In this document: one piece after another, positions 26,510-34,564 of the stretch | Numbering within the stretch: position 1 is the first letter of the stretch | Layout: every line of letters starts with the position of its first letter | Assembly: GCA_964385885.1 (NCBI GenBank) | Contig: CAYLRT010000012.1 | Coordinates: forward strand, 1 to 45,425 | Direction of reading: 5' to 3' | DNA: 45,425 nt | Source of the DNA: an uncultured Anaerolineales bacterium | Lineage (GTDB): Bacteria > Chloroflexota > Anaerolineae > B4-G1 > SLSP01 | Program-made: the position numbers and the translations under genes | The notes under the pieces: generated by a model | The model's input: only the letters and a program-made list of their open reading frames with translations | Databases searched by the model: none | Told to the model about the DNA's origin: nothing

Positions 26510-26673
26510 CACAGCTGTCCACGGTGTGAAATGGGCTACTTGGAGCGTGTCCCACAGAACTGAGCGTGACAGGCTCGGCCTCGAGTCACGCCTGCTGCTG
26601 CCGAGTTCAGACGCGTGTACAATCCCATGAATTCCGCTTTTGTCGCGCGATAGCTCTGAGGAGAGATGGTGCT

Positions 26674-29232
26674 GTGGTTGAAGAAACAAAGCTAGAACCC
26701 GAGAAGTCCGAGGAATTGCGCATAGGTGTTTATGTCTGTCATTGTGGTTCCAACATCGCGAGTGTGATTCCGCCGTCTGAGGTGGTGGAGTTCGCCAAGA
26801 CATTGCCTGGTGTGGTCCTTGCCAAAGATCATCGGTACATGTGCTCGGACCCTGGCCAGTCCATGCTTCAGGATGACATCAGGCAATACGGGCTCAATCG
26901 AATTGTCGTGGCCGCGTGCACGGTTGCGATGCATGAACCCACGTTCCGGTCGTGTATCTCGGACGCGGGACTGAACCCGTTTCTATTTGAGATGGCAAAC
27001 ATTCGTGAGCACGATTCGTGGGTTCATGGTCATGAGAAGGAGCAAGCTCTTCAGAAGGCGAAGGAGATTGTAGCGGCCGCTGTTGCAAAGGTCAGCCACG
27101 CTTACCCACTGGAGATGTTTAAGGTGCCGGTCACTCGACGCGCGCTGGTGATCGGTGGGGGAATTGCCGGGATTTCCGCCGCGCTCGACCTCGCCGACAT
27201 GCAAATAGAGACGTACCTGGTTGAGAAGTCTCCCTCTATCGGCGGTCACATGGCTCAGCTCGACAAGACTTTTCCCACGATGGACTGCTCGATCTGCATT
27301 GAGGCACCCAAGATGGTCGACGTGGGTAAGAACAAGTTCATCCATTTGTTGACCTACTCTGAGGTGAAAGAGGTCTCGGGCTATATTGGGAACTTCCATG
27401 TGACAATCGAGAAGAAGCCACGCTACGTTGTGGAGGATCGCTGCACAGGGTGCGGCCTATGCGCGGAGGTGTGCCCTATTGATGTTCCAAATGACTTTGA
27501 GGAGGGGCTGGGGCCACGCAAGGCTATCTATGTCCCTCTGGCCCAGGCGGTCCCCTCTATATATACCATCGATAGGGATGCCTGTATAGAATGCTACAAG
27601 TGTGTCGAGGCCTGTGGCCCGTTGGAGGCTATTAATTTCGCTCAGCAGCCAGAGATCGTCGAGATAGACGTCGGTACGATCATCGTGGCGACAGGTTTCG
27701 ATATCTGGGATCCATCGCCGATCGAGGAATACGGCTATGGTGTCTTTGATAATGTCACAACCATGATGGAGATCGAACGGCTGCACTGTGCCGGTGGCCC
27801 GACGCTAGGCCAGTTTGTTCGCCCCTCAGACGGGCAGGTCCCGAAGACACTGGGCTTGATCCAGTGCGTAGGCTCTCGCGACAAGCGGTATCACGAGTAC
27901 TGCTCCGGCTTCTGTTGCATGTACACTATCAAGAATGCATTGCTCCTGAAGTGGCTCTATCCCGACATGGATATCACGATCTTCCGTATTGACATTCGTG
28001 CGCCGGGTAAGACCTACGAGGAATTCTACGAGCGTGCTCGGGAAGCCGGCGTTCACTTCGTGCAGGGGCGCCCCGCAGAGATCAGAGAGGATCCGGTTAC
28101 CAAGAATCTGATTGTCCGTGCTGACAATGTGAGTCTGGGCAAACCAATGGAATATGAGTTTGAAATGGTGGGATTGGCGACAGCGGCCATTGCCACAGAG
28201 GGATCAGATCTCCTGGCACGGACGTTGACGGTCGCCACAGACACGCATGGCTTTTTCCTGGAATCGCATCCCAAGTTGAAGCCTATTGACGCCCCCACTG
28301 AAGGCATCTACTACGCAGGAGCGGCCCAGGGGCCGAAAGACATTCCTCAGAGTGTAAGTCAAGCCAGCGGAGCTGCCGGGCGCGCGGCCCGCGTCCTCTC
28401 CCATGACACATGGGAGATTGATCCCATCGTCGCTTACGTCCATCCTGATCGCTGTATCAATGCGCGTGGCGGCAAGTGTTCGATCTGTGCCCAGGTCTGT
28501 CCCTACGGCGCAGTTGACAACCGTCCCGGCTCTGGGGAACCGTCACGTATCATCCCTGCTAAGTGTCACGGTTGCGGGACGTGTGTCGCTGAATGCCCTC
28601 ACAATGCCATTACTCAGCATCACTTCACGGATGGACAAGTGCTGGCACAGATCCATGCGTTCCTGGCAGATAAGCCAGAGGAGAAAGTCCTGGCTTTTGT
28701 GTGTCGCTGGTGCAGCGGCATGGGAGCAGACAACGCCGGGGTCAGTCACTTTGAGTATCCGGCCAACACGCGCCTTATCATGGTGATGTGTGCTGGCCGC
28801 GTGGATCGGGACTTTGTGTTGGAGGCATTCCGGTTGGGTGCTGGTGCTGTTCTGGTGTCAGGTTGTCATCCCCAGGACTGTCACTACATCGATGGCCGCC
28901 AGCATGCTGAGGAACGCATGGCTAGAGTCGCAAAGCAACTCGACCGTTTAGGGATCACTCCCGGCAGGTTCAGGGTTGAATCTGTTTCGGCCACTGAGGG
29001 CGCTAAATGGGCTCAGATCATGCGGGAGATGGGTGGGTTGGTTAAAGAACTTGGTCCAGAGCGGATCGCTGAGGAAAATGCTCAGATGAGGCCCCATCTC
29101 ACGAAGTTCTTGCGTCGACTTGGCGAGATCCCGGGCGTGTCTGAAGTGCTGATTGGAAGCCGAGCAGAGGCTCGGCTGGCTGCAGTGGACATGCCGTTGG
29201 TTCAGTTGGCCAAGACAACTGGAGGCGAATGA
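26674..29232 (+). CDS. hdrA: HdrA-like FAD/FeS protein fused to a C-terminal MvhD (FlpD) domain
   Basis: RIGVYVCHCGSNIA, ALVIGGGIAGISAALDLA (FAD), CVGSRDKRYHEYCSGFCCMY and two ferredoxin-type motifs. The C-terminus FVCRWCSGMGADNAG...MCAGRVD...LVSGCHPQDCHY is MvhD-like. The probable GTG start at 26674 lies 8 nt after GAGGAGAG. The track ORF begins at 26566. Confidence 0.9.
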   Translation: MVEETKLEPEKSEELRIGVYVCHCGSNIASVIPPSEVVEFAKTLPGVVLAKDHRYMCSDPGQSMLQDDIRQYGLNRIVVAACTVAMHEPTFRSCISDAGLNPFLFEMANIREHDSWVHGHEKEQALQKAKEIVAAAVAKVSHAYPLEMFKVPVTRRALVIGGGIAGISAALDLADMQIETYLVEKSPSIGGHMAQLDKTFPTMDCSICIEAPKMVDVGKNKFIHLLTYSEVKEVSGYIGNFHVTIEKKPRYVVEDRCTGCGLCAEVCPIDVPNDFEEGLGPRKAIYVPLAQAVPSIYTIDRDACIECYKCVEACGPLEAINFAQQPEIVEIDVGTIIVATGFDIWDPSPIEEYGYGVFDNVTTMMEIERLHCAGGPTLGQFVRPSDGQVPKTLGLIQCVGSRDKRYHEYCSGFCCMYTIKNALLLKWLYPDMDITIFRIDIRAPGKTYEEFYERAREAGVHFVQGRPAEIREDPVTKNLIVRADNVSLGKPMEYEFEMVGLATAAIATEGSDLLARTLTVATDTHGFFLESHPKLKPIDAPTEGIYYAGAAQGPKDIPQSVSQASGAAGRAARVLSHDTWEIDPIVAYVHPDRCINARGGKCSICAQVCPYGAVDNRPGSGEPSRIIPAKCHGCGTCVAECPHNAITQHHFTDGQVLAQIHAFLADKPEEKVLAFVCRWCSGMGADNAGVSHFEYPANTRLIMVMCAGRVDRDFVLEAFRLGAGAVLVSGCHPQDCHYIDGRQHAEERMARVAKQLDRLGITPGRFRVESVSATEGAKWAQIMREMGGLVKELGPERIAEENAQMRPHLTKFLRRLGEIPGVSEVLIGSRAEARLAAVDMPLVQLAKTTGGE

Positions 29233-29840
29233 TGGCATCGAACACCCACGGTGTGCTGAATCCTTTTACGATCGAGGTGCTTGAGACGCAAGGTGGACAA
29301 CTGGTGCTGCAATGTTATCAGTGTGGGACTTGCTCGGGATCCTGCCCTGTCATTGACGAGATGGAGTATGGCCCGCGGCGTATCTTGTACATGATCCAAA
29401 TGGGTATGGAGCAGGCAGTCCTGAGCAGTAAGGACATTTGGCGATGCGTGTCGTGCTATTCATGTGCGAACCGATGCCCGCGTGGCATCGAGATCACTGA
29501 CTTGATGGCTGACCTACGGCGTCTAGCTACGGTCAAAGGCTATGCGCGGGACAAAGAGGCGGAATTCGGTCAGGCCTTTGCGGAGACGATTGCAGCTCAC
29601 GGACGGCTGTTTGAACCAGAGCTGTTGATGCGTTATTACCTCCGGGTTCTGGACGTGAAGAGCCTAGTCGAAATGGTACCCCTGGGTTTGAAGATGTTGG
29701 CCAAAGGGAAACTTCCTTTCCTACCTGAGAGGATTGATGACCCAGAAGACATGAAGGCAACGGAGGTCGCTCCTTCTACGAGATTGAGGGTTGCCACCGT
29801 GTTTCTGCGGAGACCAGAGAAGGAGTCGGCGGAGCCATGA
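29229..29840 (+). CDS. hdrC: HdrC-like iron-sulfur subunit
   Basis: CYQCGTCSGSCPV and CVSCYSCANRCPRG motifs. The start overlaps the hdrA stop (ATGA). Confidence 0.88.
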   Translation: MMASNTHGVLNPFTIEVLETQGGQLVLQCYQCGTCSGSCPVIDEMEYGPRRILYMIQMGMEQAVLSSKDIWRCVSCYSCANRCPRGIEITDLMADLRRLATVKGYARDKEAEFGQAFAETIAAHGRLFEPELLMRYYLRVLDVKSLVEMVPLGLKMLAKGKLPFLPERIDDPEDMKATEVAPSTRLRVATVFLRRPEKESAEP

Positions 29841-30718
29841 ATGAAGTCCAAGCTTATGGTTACTATCCTGGATGCAGTCTGGCCTCAAGCGCCAAGGAAT
29901 ATGACCTCTCGGTACGTGCTGTGTTCGCACACTTGGGCCTTCCGTTGGTGGAGATTGAGGATTGGAACTGCTGCGGCGCGGTGCATGGAGACGTGAACGA
30001 CGCTGAGGCTGGCCTCGTTCTTCCATCGCGGAATCTCGCGCTGGCGGAGTCCCAGGGTTTTTCAGTCGTCATAGCCCCTTGCAGTGGCTGTTACCGCAAT
30101 CTGAGGCGAGCAAGTAAGCGCCTGGACGCAGACCGCACTGCTCGCGAGAAAGTAAATGCCCGCCTAAAGGGCGGGTTGAACGTTACCAGCCATATTGAGG
30201 TGATGCATCCGCTTTACCTGCTTCTCAGGGATTACGGACTTGACCGGATAGCGGCTGCGGTATCGAATCCGCTGGACGGATTACGGGTGGCGAGTTACTA
30301 CGGCTGTATGTTGACCCGCCCGCGAGATGTCTTTGACAGCCCAGAAAGGCCGTCGGGCCTAGATGATTTGGTCAGGGTGCTCGGCGCCCAGCCGGTTGAC
30401 TACCCGATGAGGGCCAAATGTTGTGGGGGGGCGTTGGCTATCTCTCATAGCGATGTCACAGTGCACCTTACGGGGGATATCCTGAAGTCGGCGAGGCAAG
30501 CTGAGGCCGACATCGTGATGCTTGCCTGTCCCATGTGTCATACTGCCTTAGACGGTTACCAGGAGAAGGTTGAGAGAGCGCAACATGAGCATTTGGGACT
30601 GCCGGTGCTCTATTTCACGCAGGTCATGGGACTGGCGTTTGGACTTGACCCGAGACAGTTGGGTTTCGAGCGACACATGGTGTCCCCGCGTCCGCAACTG
30701 GCGAAGCTCGGATTCTAG
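29837..30718 (+). CDS. hdrB: HdrB-like subunit with two CCG domains
   Basis: YYPGCSL...WNCCGA and YYGCMLTRP...KCCGG motifs. The start overlaps the hdrC stop (ATGA). Confidence 0.9.
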   Translation: MNEVQAYGYYPGCSLASSAKEYDLSVRAVFAHLGLPLVEIEDWNCCGAVHGDVNDAEAGLVLPSRNLALAESQGFSVVIAPCSGCYRNLRRASKRLDADRTAREKVNARLKGGLNVTSHIEVMHPLYLLLRDYGLDRIAAAVSNPLDGLRVASYYGCMLTRPRDVFDSPERPSGLDDLVRVLGAQPVDYPMRAKCCGGALAISHSDVTVHLTGDILKSARQAEADIVMLACPMCHTALDGYQEKVERAQHEHLGLPVLYFTQVMGLAFGLDPRQLGFERHMVSPRPQLAKLGF

Positions 30719-30743
30719 TTTCTAGTTGGGAGGAATTCACACT

Positions 30744-31793
30744 ATGAAGCGTGGGACTACACTGAAACACCGAACGAACCAGACGCTGGTCCTGGAGCGG
30801 AAGATGTTGACGCATCATGATGTCCTGACATGGGATCTGACGCGTTGCGTCGGGTGCCAGATTGGTCCCAAGATCTGCCCAAAGGACGCGTTGAGCCATA
30901 GTGGGGGAGAGATTGTCGATGGCCGTGTTGTCTCCAAGCTTATGGTCGATGTGGACCCCACCCTTTGTGTCTTCTGTGGTATGTGTGTGGTGATGTGCCC
31001 GGTGAATGCCATCACGATGACGCTTAACGGCGAGCCGTACGTGCCTGTCCAAGCCTATGAGGCGTTCCCCGTACTTATCGAGTCAACGACGTTTGATCCC
31101 CAGGCTTTCGATTGGGCACGGAAGGACTTCGTCATTGAGAATTGCCCGACTTCCGCCATCGACTACGACGAAGCGCACCATACACTAACGGTGGATGACA
31201 CACGGTGTATTCGATGCCGTCAGTGTGAAGTAGCTAGTGATGGGGCTTTTGAAGTTGTCCAGCCTTGGGAAGGAACGGTCACGTTGCGGCGCGACAAATG
31301 CATCGAAGGTTGCTTGGCCTGTGCTGATGTTTGTCCCACCCGTGCGCTGCACATCAATGAGGAAGGTGAGTTAGTCCTTGCAGACTATTACTGTATCAAG
31401 TGTGGAGCTTGCATGCAGGTGTGTCCGGTAAAGCCAGAGATGGAAGATTATGAGGTGACTTTCACCTCACAAGGCGTCGAAGTTACAAAGACTTTACAGC
31501 GTGTCGCCAACCGTGACGAGCTTCCTATATGGGTTGAGCGGTGGCGTGTGAAGCATACGCCGGTCCAAAGTGGCGCTTGGCTCGAAGCTCTGGAGAGGCT
31601 GGCCGATGCCAAGGCTGGCATGGTTGAGTTAGAGCGTAAGCGTGCTATCAAGCGCCGAGACCTTATTGTTGCGCTCAAAGGAGGTCGGGCGTTGCAGGAG
31701 CGCGAAGCTCAGCGTCGCCAAGCACAGTTGAGTGCGCTCAAAGGTGGTGATGCCTTCGTGGAAGAAAGCCATTCTGAGAACATGATAGCATAG
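30744..31793 (+). CDS. polyferredoxin-like protein with a charged helical C-terminal tail
   Basis: Motifs CVGCQIGPKICP, CVFCGMCVVMCP, CIRCRQCEV, CLACADVCP and CIKCGACMQVCP. GGGAGGAA SD before the ATG at 30744. The last ~100 aa are Arg/Glu/Ala-rich. Confidence 0.8.
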   Translation: MKRGTTLKHRTNQTLVLERKMLTHHDVLTWDLTRCVGCQIGPKICPKDALSHSGGEIVDGRVVSKLMVDVDPTLCVFCGMCVVMCPVNAITMTLNGEPYVPVQAYEAFPVLIESTTFDPQAFDWARKDFVIENCPTSAIDYDEAHHTLTVDDTRCIRCRQCEVASDGAFEVVQPWEGTVTLRRDKCIEGCLACADVCPTRALHINEEGELVLADYYCIKCGACMQVCPVKPEMEDYEVTFTSQGVEVTKTLQRVANRDELPIWVERWRVKHTPVQSGAWLEALERLADAKAGMVELERKRAIKRRDLIVALKGGRALQEREAQRRQAQLSALKGGDAFVEESHSENMIA

Positions 31794-31831
31794 CCCGTCC
31801 CATGTGGGCATGATAAACTCGCCTGCCCTTA

Positions 31832-31864
31832 CAGCGAGGGGTGACGAATTGTCGTCCCTCGCTG
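31832..31864 (+). terminator. hairpin downstream of the polyferredoxin gene (possible terminator/attenuator)
   Basis: CAGCGAGGG (31832-31840) pairs with CCCTCGCTG (31856-31864): a 9-bp perfect stem with a 15-nt loop, followed by TTGTGCTT. Confidence 0.45.
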
Positions 31865-32017
31865 TTGTGCTTCAGCAATTCCAAATATGGCGGGTTCACA
31901 AGGCCGTGACCTTCATCTAAGGCCGGACTGTGCAGCACTTGACCCACAATCACGTGGTTTATGGCCGCAGAATAGGGCTGGCCGGCCTTAGCAGGTTTCA
32001 TATTTGGGAATTGCTGG

Positions 32018-32045
32018 TTGTGCTTTGTCCGGTCAGTGTTATAAT
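32018..32045 (+). promoter_or_regulatory. putative promoter for the nuo operon (TTGTGC - 16 nt - TGT-TATAAT)
   Basis: TTGTGC at 32018-32023 and an extended -10 TGTTATAAT at 32037-32045, 28 nt upstream of the nuoA ATG (GGAGG SD at 32060-32064). Confidence 0.5.
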
Positions 32046-32072
32046 CGTTGGCTGAGTTTGGGAGGCGTTGCT

Positions 32073-32429
32073 ATGCTTCATCCCTATGCGCAACTTGGGA
32101 TTTTTCTGTTGATTGCCACAGTGATTGGTGTCGCACCAATTGCGTTGGCATGGTTGGTTAGCCCAAAGAAACAGAATCCCCGCAAGTCCCAGATCTATGA
32201 AAGCGGTAATCCTCCTTTTGGGGAGGCCTGGATCGAGTTCAAACCTCAGTATTATTTGTATGGCTTGGCCTTCCTTGCCTTTGACGTCGAGGCCGCGTTT
32301 CTGTTCCCTTGGGCTCTGGCTTACAACAAGCTGCCATTGTTCGCCGTTGTCGAAGCAGCTCTCTTCATTGCTCTGCTAGGCGTTGGCCTTATCTATGTGT
32401 GGCGCAAGGGATGGCTGACATGGATGTGA
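32073..32429 (+). CDS. nuoA: NADH-quinone oxidoreductase subunit A
   Basis: 118 aa with three TM helices, YESGNPPFGEAW...FLAFDVEAAFLFPWA. The track ORF start at 32004 would overlap the promoter. Confidence 0.92.
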   Translation: MLHPYAQLGIFLLIATVIGVAPIALAWLVSPKKQNPRKSQIYESGNPPFGEAWIEFKPQYYLYGLAFLAFDVEAAFLFPWALAYNKLPLFAVVEAALFIALLGVGLIYVWRKGWLTWM

Positions 32430-33715
32430 TGTCCGATTTGTGGCTCCCAATTGTACGGTCGCTCGGCATCGCTCTGTTCCCCGTTGTGGCAGTTGTCTTC
32501 CTCATCTGGGTGGCACGCAAAGTCATTGCGCGCATGCAGGATAGGCTTGGCCCCACCAATGCGGGAACTCCAGCGGGCCCAGATGCCATTTTCCAGACTG
32601 TTGCCGACGCAATCAAGATCCTGACTAAAGAACTAGTTATCCCGGAAGGTGCGGACCGGACCGTCTTCATTGCTGCGCCGATGCTTGTTACCGCGGTAGC
32701 CGTCGCAGTTTGGGCGGTGATTCCTCTGGGCCCCGGAGAGTTCCAGGTGGTAGATCTGGAAATCGGGGCTTTCTATGTAGTGGCTATGTCATCCCTGGCT
32801 CCTTTTGCTATGATCATGGCCGGATGGAGCTCCCGGAACAAATACGCAGAGGTAGGGGCCTTCCGGGCAGTCTCACAGATCATCGGGTACGAAATTCCTC
32901 AGACGTTGGCATTGTTGGTCCCTGTATTGCTTACAGGTTCACTGTCGCTTCAGAAAATTATCGAGGCTCAGCGAGTGCCATACATTGTGCTTGCCCCGTT
33001 TGCCGCACTTGTTTATTTCCTTGCCACAATGGCAGAGGTAAACCGACTTCCCTTTGAGCTCGCAGAGGCAGACTCCGAGATCGTAGCTGGTTACTTCACT
33101 GAATACAGTGGGATGATGTTCGGGTCTTTCTATCTGGCTGAGTTCATCAACAATCTTACGGCTTCTGTTCTGTTTTCCATCCTATTCCTGGGAGGGTGGC
33201 GTGGCCCAGGCGTAGACGCTGTTCCGCTGTTAGGCCCTGTTTGGCTTCTGGTGAAGGCGTTCTTGGTGTTCAATTTCCTTAACGTCTTCTGGGCTGCTAT
33301 GCCTCGGCTCCGTATTGATCAAGTTTTGGCCTTCAATTGGAAGTTCCTGGTCCCTCTGGCACTTCTCGTGCTGCTGACCACCGCGCTCGTGGATAAGCTG
33401 ATCGTGTATCTGGGCTATACGACCGACGGGATGAGGGCTGTGGGTCTGATTTTGGCCAATCTGGTGCTTGGCGTGGGCCTGGTGGGTTATCTGTTTGCTC
33501 TGGGACGCCGGAGAAAGCGGGCTGGTGTGAGTGTCCCCGAGGAGTTCCTGCCGTTGCTCTCGTCTGGTTCACATGGCGCCTTGAGAATGCGCTCAGCAGA
33601 TGTGGTGCCCCTGTCGCGTCATAATGGGACGTCGGGCATGCGGTACTCCCGAGATGAGAGGGGGAAAAGCAGCACCGTCGAACTGCAAGCAAACCACATC
33701 TCGAAAGGTGAGTGA
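32411..33715 (+). CDS. nuoH: NADH-quinone oxidoreductase subunit H, with an unusual hydrophilic C-terminal extension
   Basis: ARKVIARMQDRLGP...ADAIKILTKE and PFELAEADSEIVAGYFTEYSGMMFGSFYLAEF motifs. Candidate ATG starts are at 32411, 32420 and 32429 (the last overlaps the nuoA stop as TGATG). Confidence 0.92.
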   Translation: MADMDVMSDLWLPIVRSLGIALFPVVAVVFLIWVARKVIARMQDRLGPTNAGTPAGPDAIFQTVADAIKILTKELVIPEGADRTVFIAAPMLVTAVAVAVWAVIPLGPGEFQVVDLEIGAFYVVAMSSLAPFAMIMAGWSSRNKYAEVGAFRAVSQIIGYEIPQTLALLVPVLLTGSLSLQKIIEAQRVPYIVLAPFAALVYFLATMAEVNRLPFELAEADSEIVAGYFTEYSGMMFGSFYLAEFINNLTASVLFSILFLGGWRGPGVDAVPLLGPVWLLVKAFLVFNFLNVFWAAMPRLRIDQVLAFNWKFLVPLALLVLLTTALVDKLIVYLGYTTDGMRAVGLILANLVLGVGLVGYLFALGRRRKRAGVSVPEEFLPLLSSGSHGALRMRSADVVPLSRHNGTSGMRYSRDERGKSSTVELQANHISKGE

Positions 33716-33720
33716 GTGCG

Positions 33721-34218
33721 ATGCCGATTGGGCAGATAGCATTCCTGGGCTTCGCGGTTGTCTCAGTGATAGCGGCATTGCGGGTGGTGACCTCGCGTCG
33801 TGTATTCCACGCCGCTCTCTGGCTCATTGTTGCTTTCTTTGGGGTGGCAGCGGTCTACATGTTGTTAGAATCACCTTTCATGGCGGCTATTCAGATCTTC
33901 CTCTACATTGGTGGTGTGGCGGTGCTGACCGTCATCGCGATTATGGTGACAAAAGGTGTCATGCGAGAAGATCGTCGTATTTTGAACCGCCCTGTGGCTG
34001 CCGGGGTTGTCTCGCTGGCTCTCTTCGTAACGATGACCTGGATGATCATTCAGTTGCCTCTTCCAGAGGAGCCCGTCTTTCCCGTTGTTGAGGGCTCCCT
34101 GAGCCTATTGGGAGCTGCGCTGGTGGATCCGAAAGGATACCTGCTCCCCTTTGAGGTGGTCTCTGTGATGCTATTAGCCGTTTTGGTTGTCTCGCTCTAC
34201 CTTGGCAAGGAGCGATGA
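33721..34218 (+). CDS. nuoJ: NADH-quinone oxidoreductase subunit J
   Basis: FLGFAVVSVIAALRVVTSRRVFHAALWLIVAFFGVAAVYMLLESPFMAAIQIFLYIGGV. Start is ATG 33721 or GTG 33712. It follows nuoH directly, leaving no room for nuoI. Confidence 0.9.
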   Translation: MPIGQIAFLGFAVVSVIAALRVVTSRRVFHAALWLIVAFFGVAAVYMLLESPFMAAIQIFLYIGGVAVLTVIAIMVTKGVMREDRRILNRPVAAGVVSLALFVTMTWMIIQLPLPEEPVFPVVEGSLSLLGAALVDPKGYLLPFEVVSVMLLAVLVVSLYLGKER

Positions 34219-34221
34219 TTC

Positions 34222-34542
34222 ATGGGCGCTTCGTCTGTGCCGCTTGCATGGTACCTGATCCTGGGTTCCGCGCTGTTTTGCATTGGTGTGTACGGTGTCT
34301 TGGCCACCCGGAATCTGGTCGTTATCATCATGTCCATCGAGTTGATGCTCAATGCCGTCGTGCTAGATCTGGTAGCCTTTGCCCGGTTCATTGAGCCAGC
34401 TCGGGTGACAGGCAAGGCGTTTGGCATCATTCTCTACGCTACCGCTGCTGCCGAAGCCGCTTTGGGGCTGGCATTGGTCATATCGATCTGGCGTACTGAG
34501 AACACGGTTGAGGTCGAAGAGATCGACGTACTTAAGGGTTAA
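34222..34542 (+). CDS. nuoK: NADH-quinone oxidoreductase subunit K
   Basis: 106 aa, LILGSALFCIGVYGVLATRNLVVIIMSIELMLNAV...AAAEAALGLALV. AAGGAG SD. Confidence 0.93.
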   Translation: MGASSVPLAWYLILGSALFCIGVYGVLATRNLVVIIMSIELMLNAVVLDLVAFARFIEPARVTGKAFGIILYATAAAEAALGLALVISIWRTENTVEVEEIDVLKG

Positions 34543-34564
34543 TCATTCGCTTGGACATCGTGAC

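Noticed and set aside
26566-26673. 36-codon N-terminal extension of hdrA in the ORF track (MTGSASSHACCCRVQ...).
   Set aside because: No SD precedes the ATG at 26566. GAGGAGAG lies 8 nt before the in-frame GTG at 26674, and that start yields the usual short HdrA N-terminus before RIGVYVCHCG.
31738-32001. 87-aa minus-strand ORF filling the spacer between the polyferredoxin gene and nuoA.
   Set aside because: It has no SD, overlaps the 3' end of the polyferredoxin gene and the hairpin at 31832-31864, and shows no recognisable motif. The spacer is better explained by a terminator-like hairpin plus the nuo promoter.
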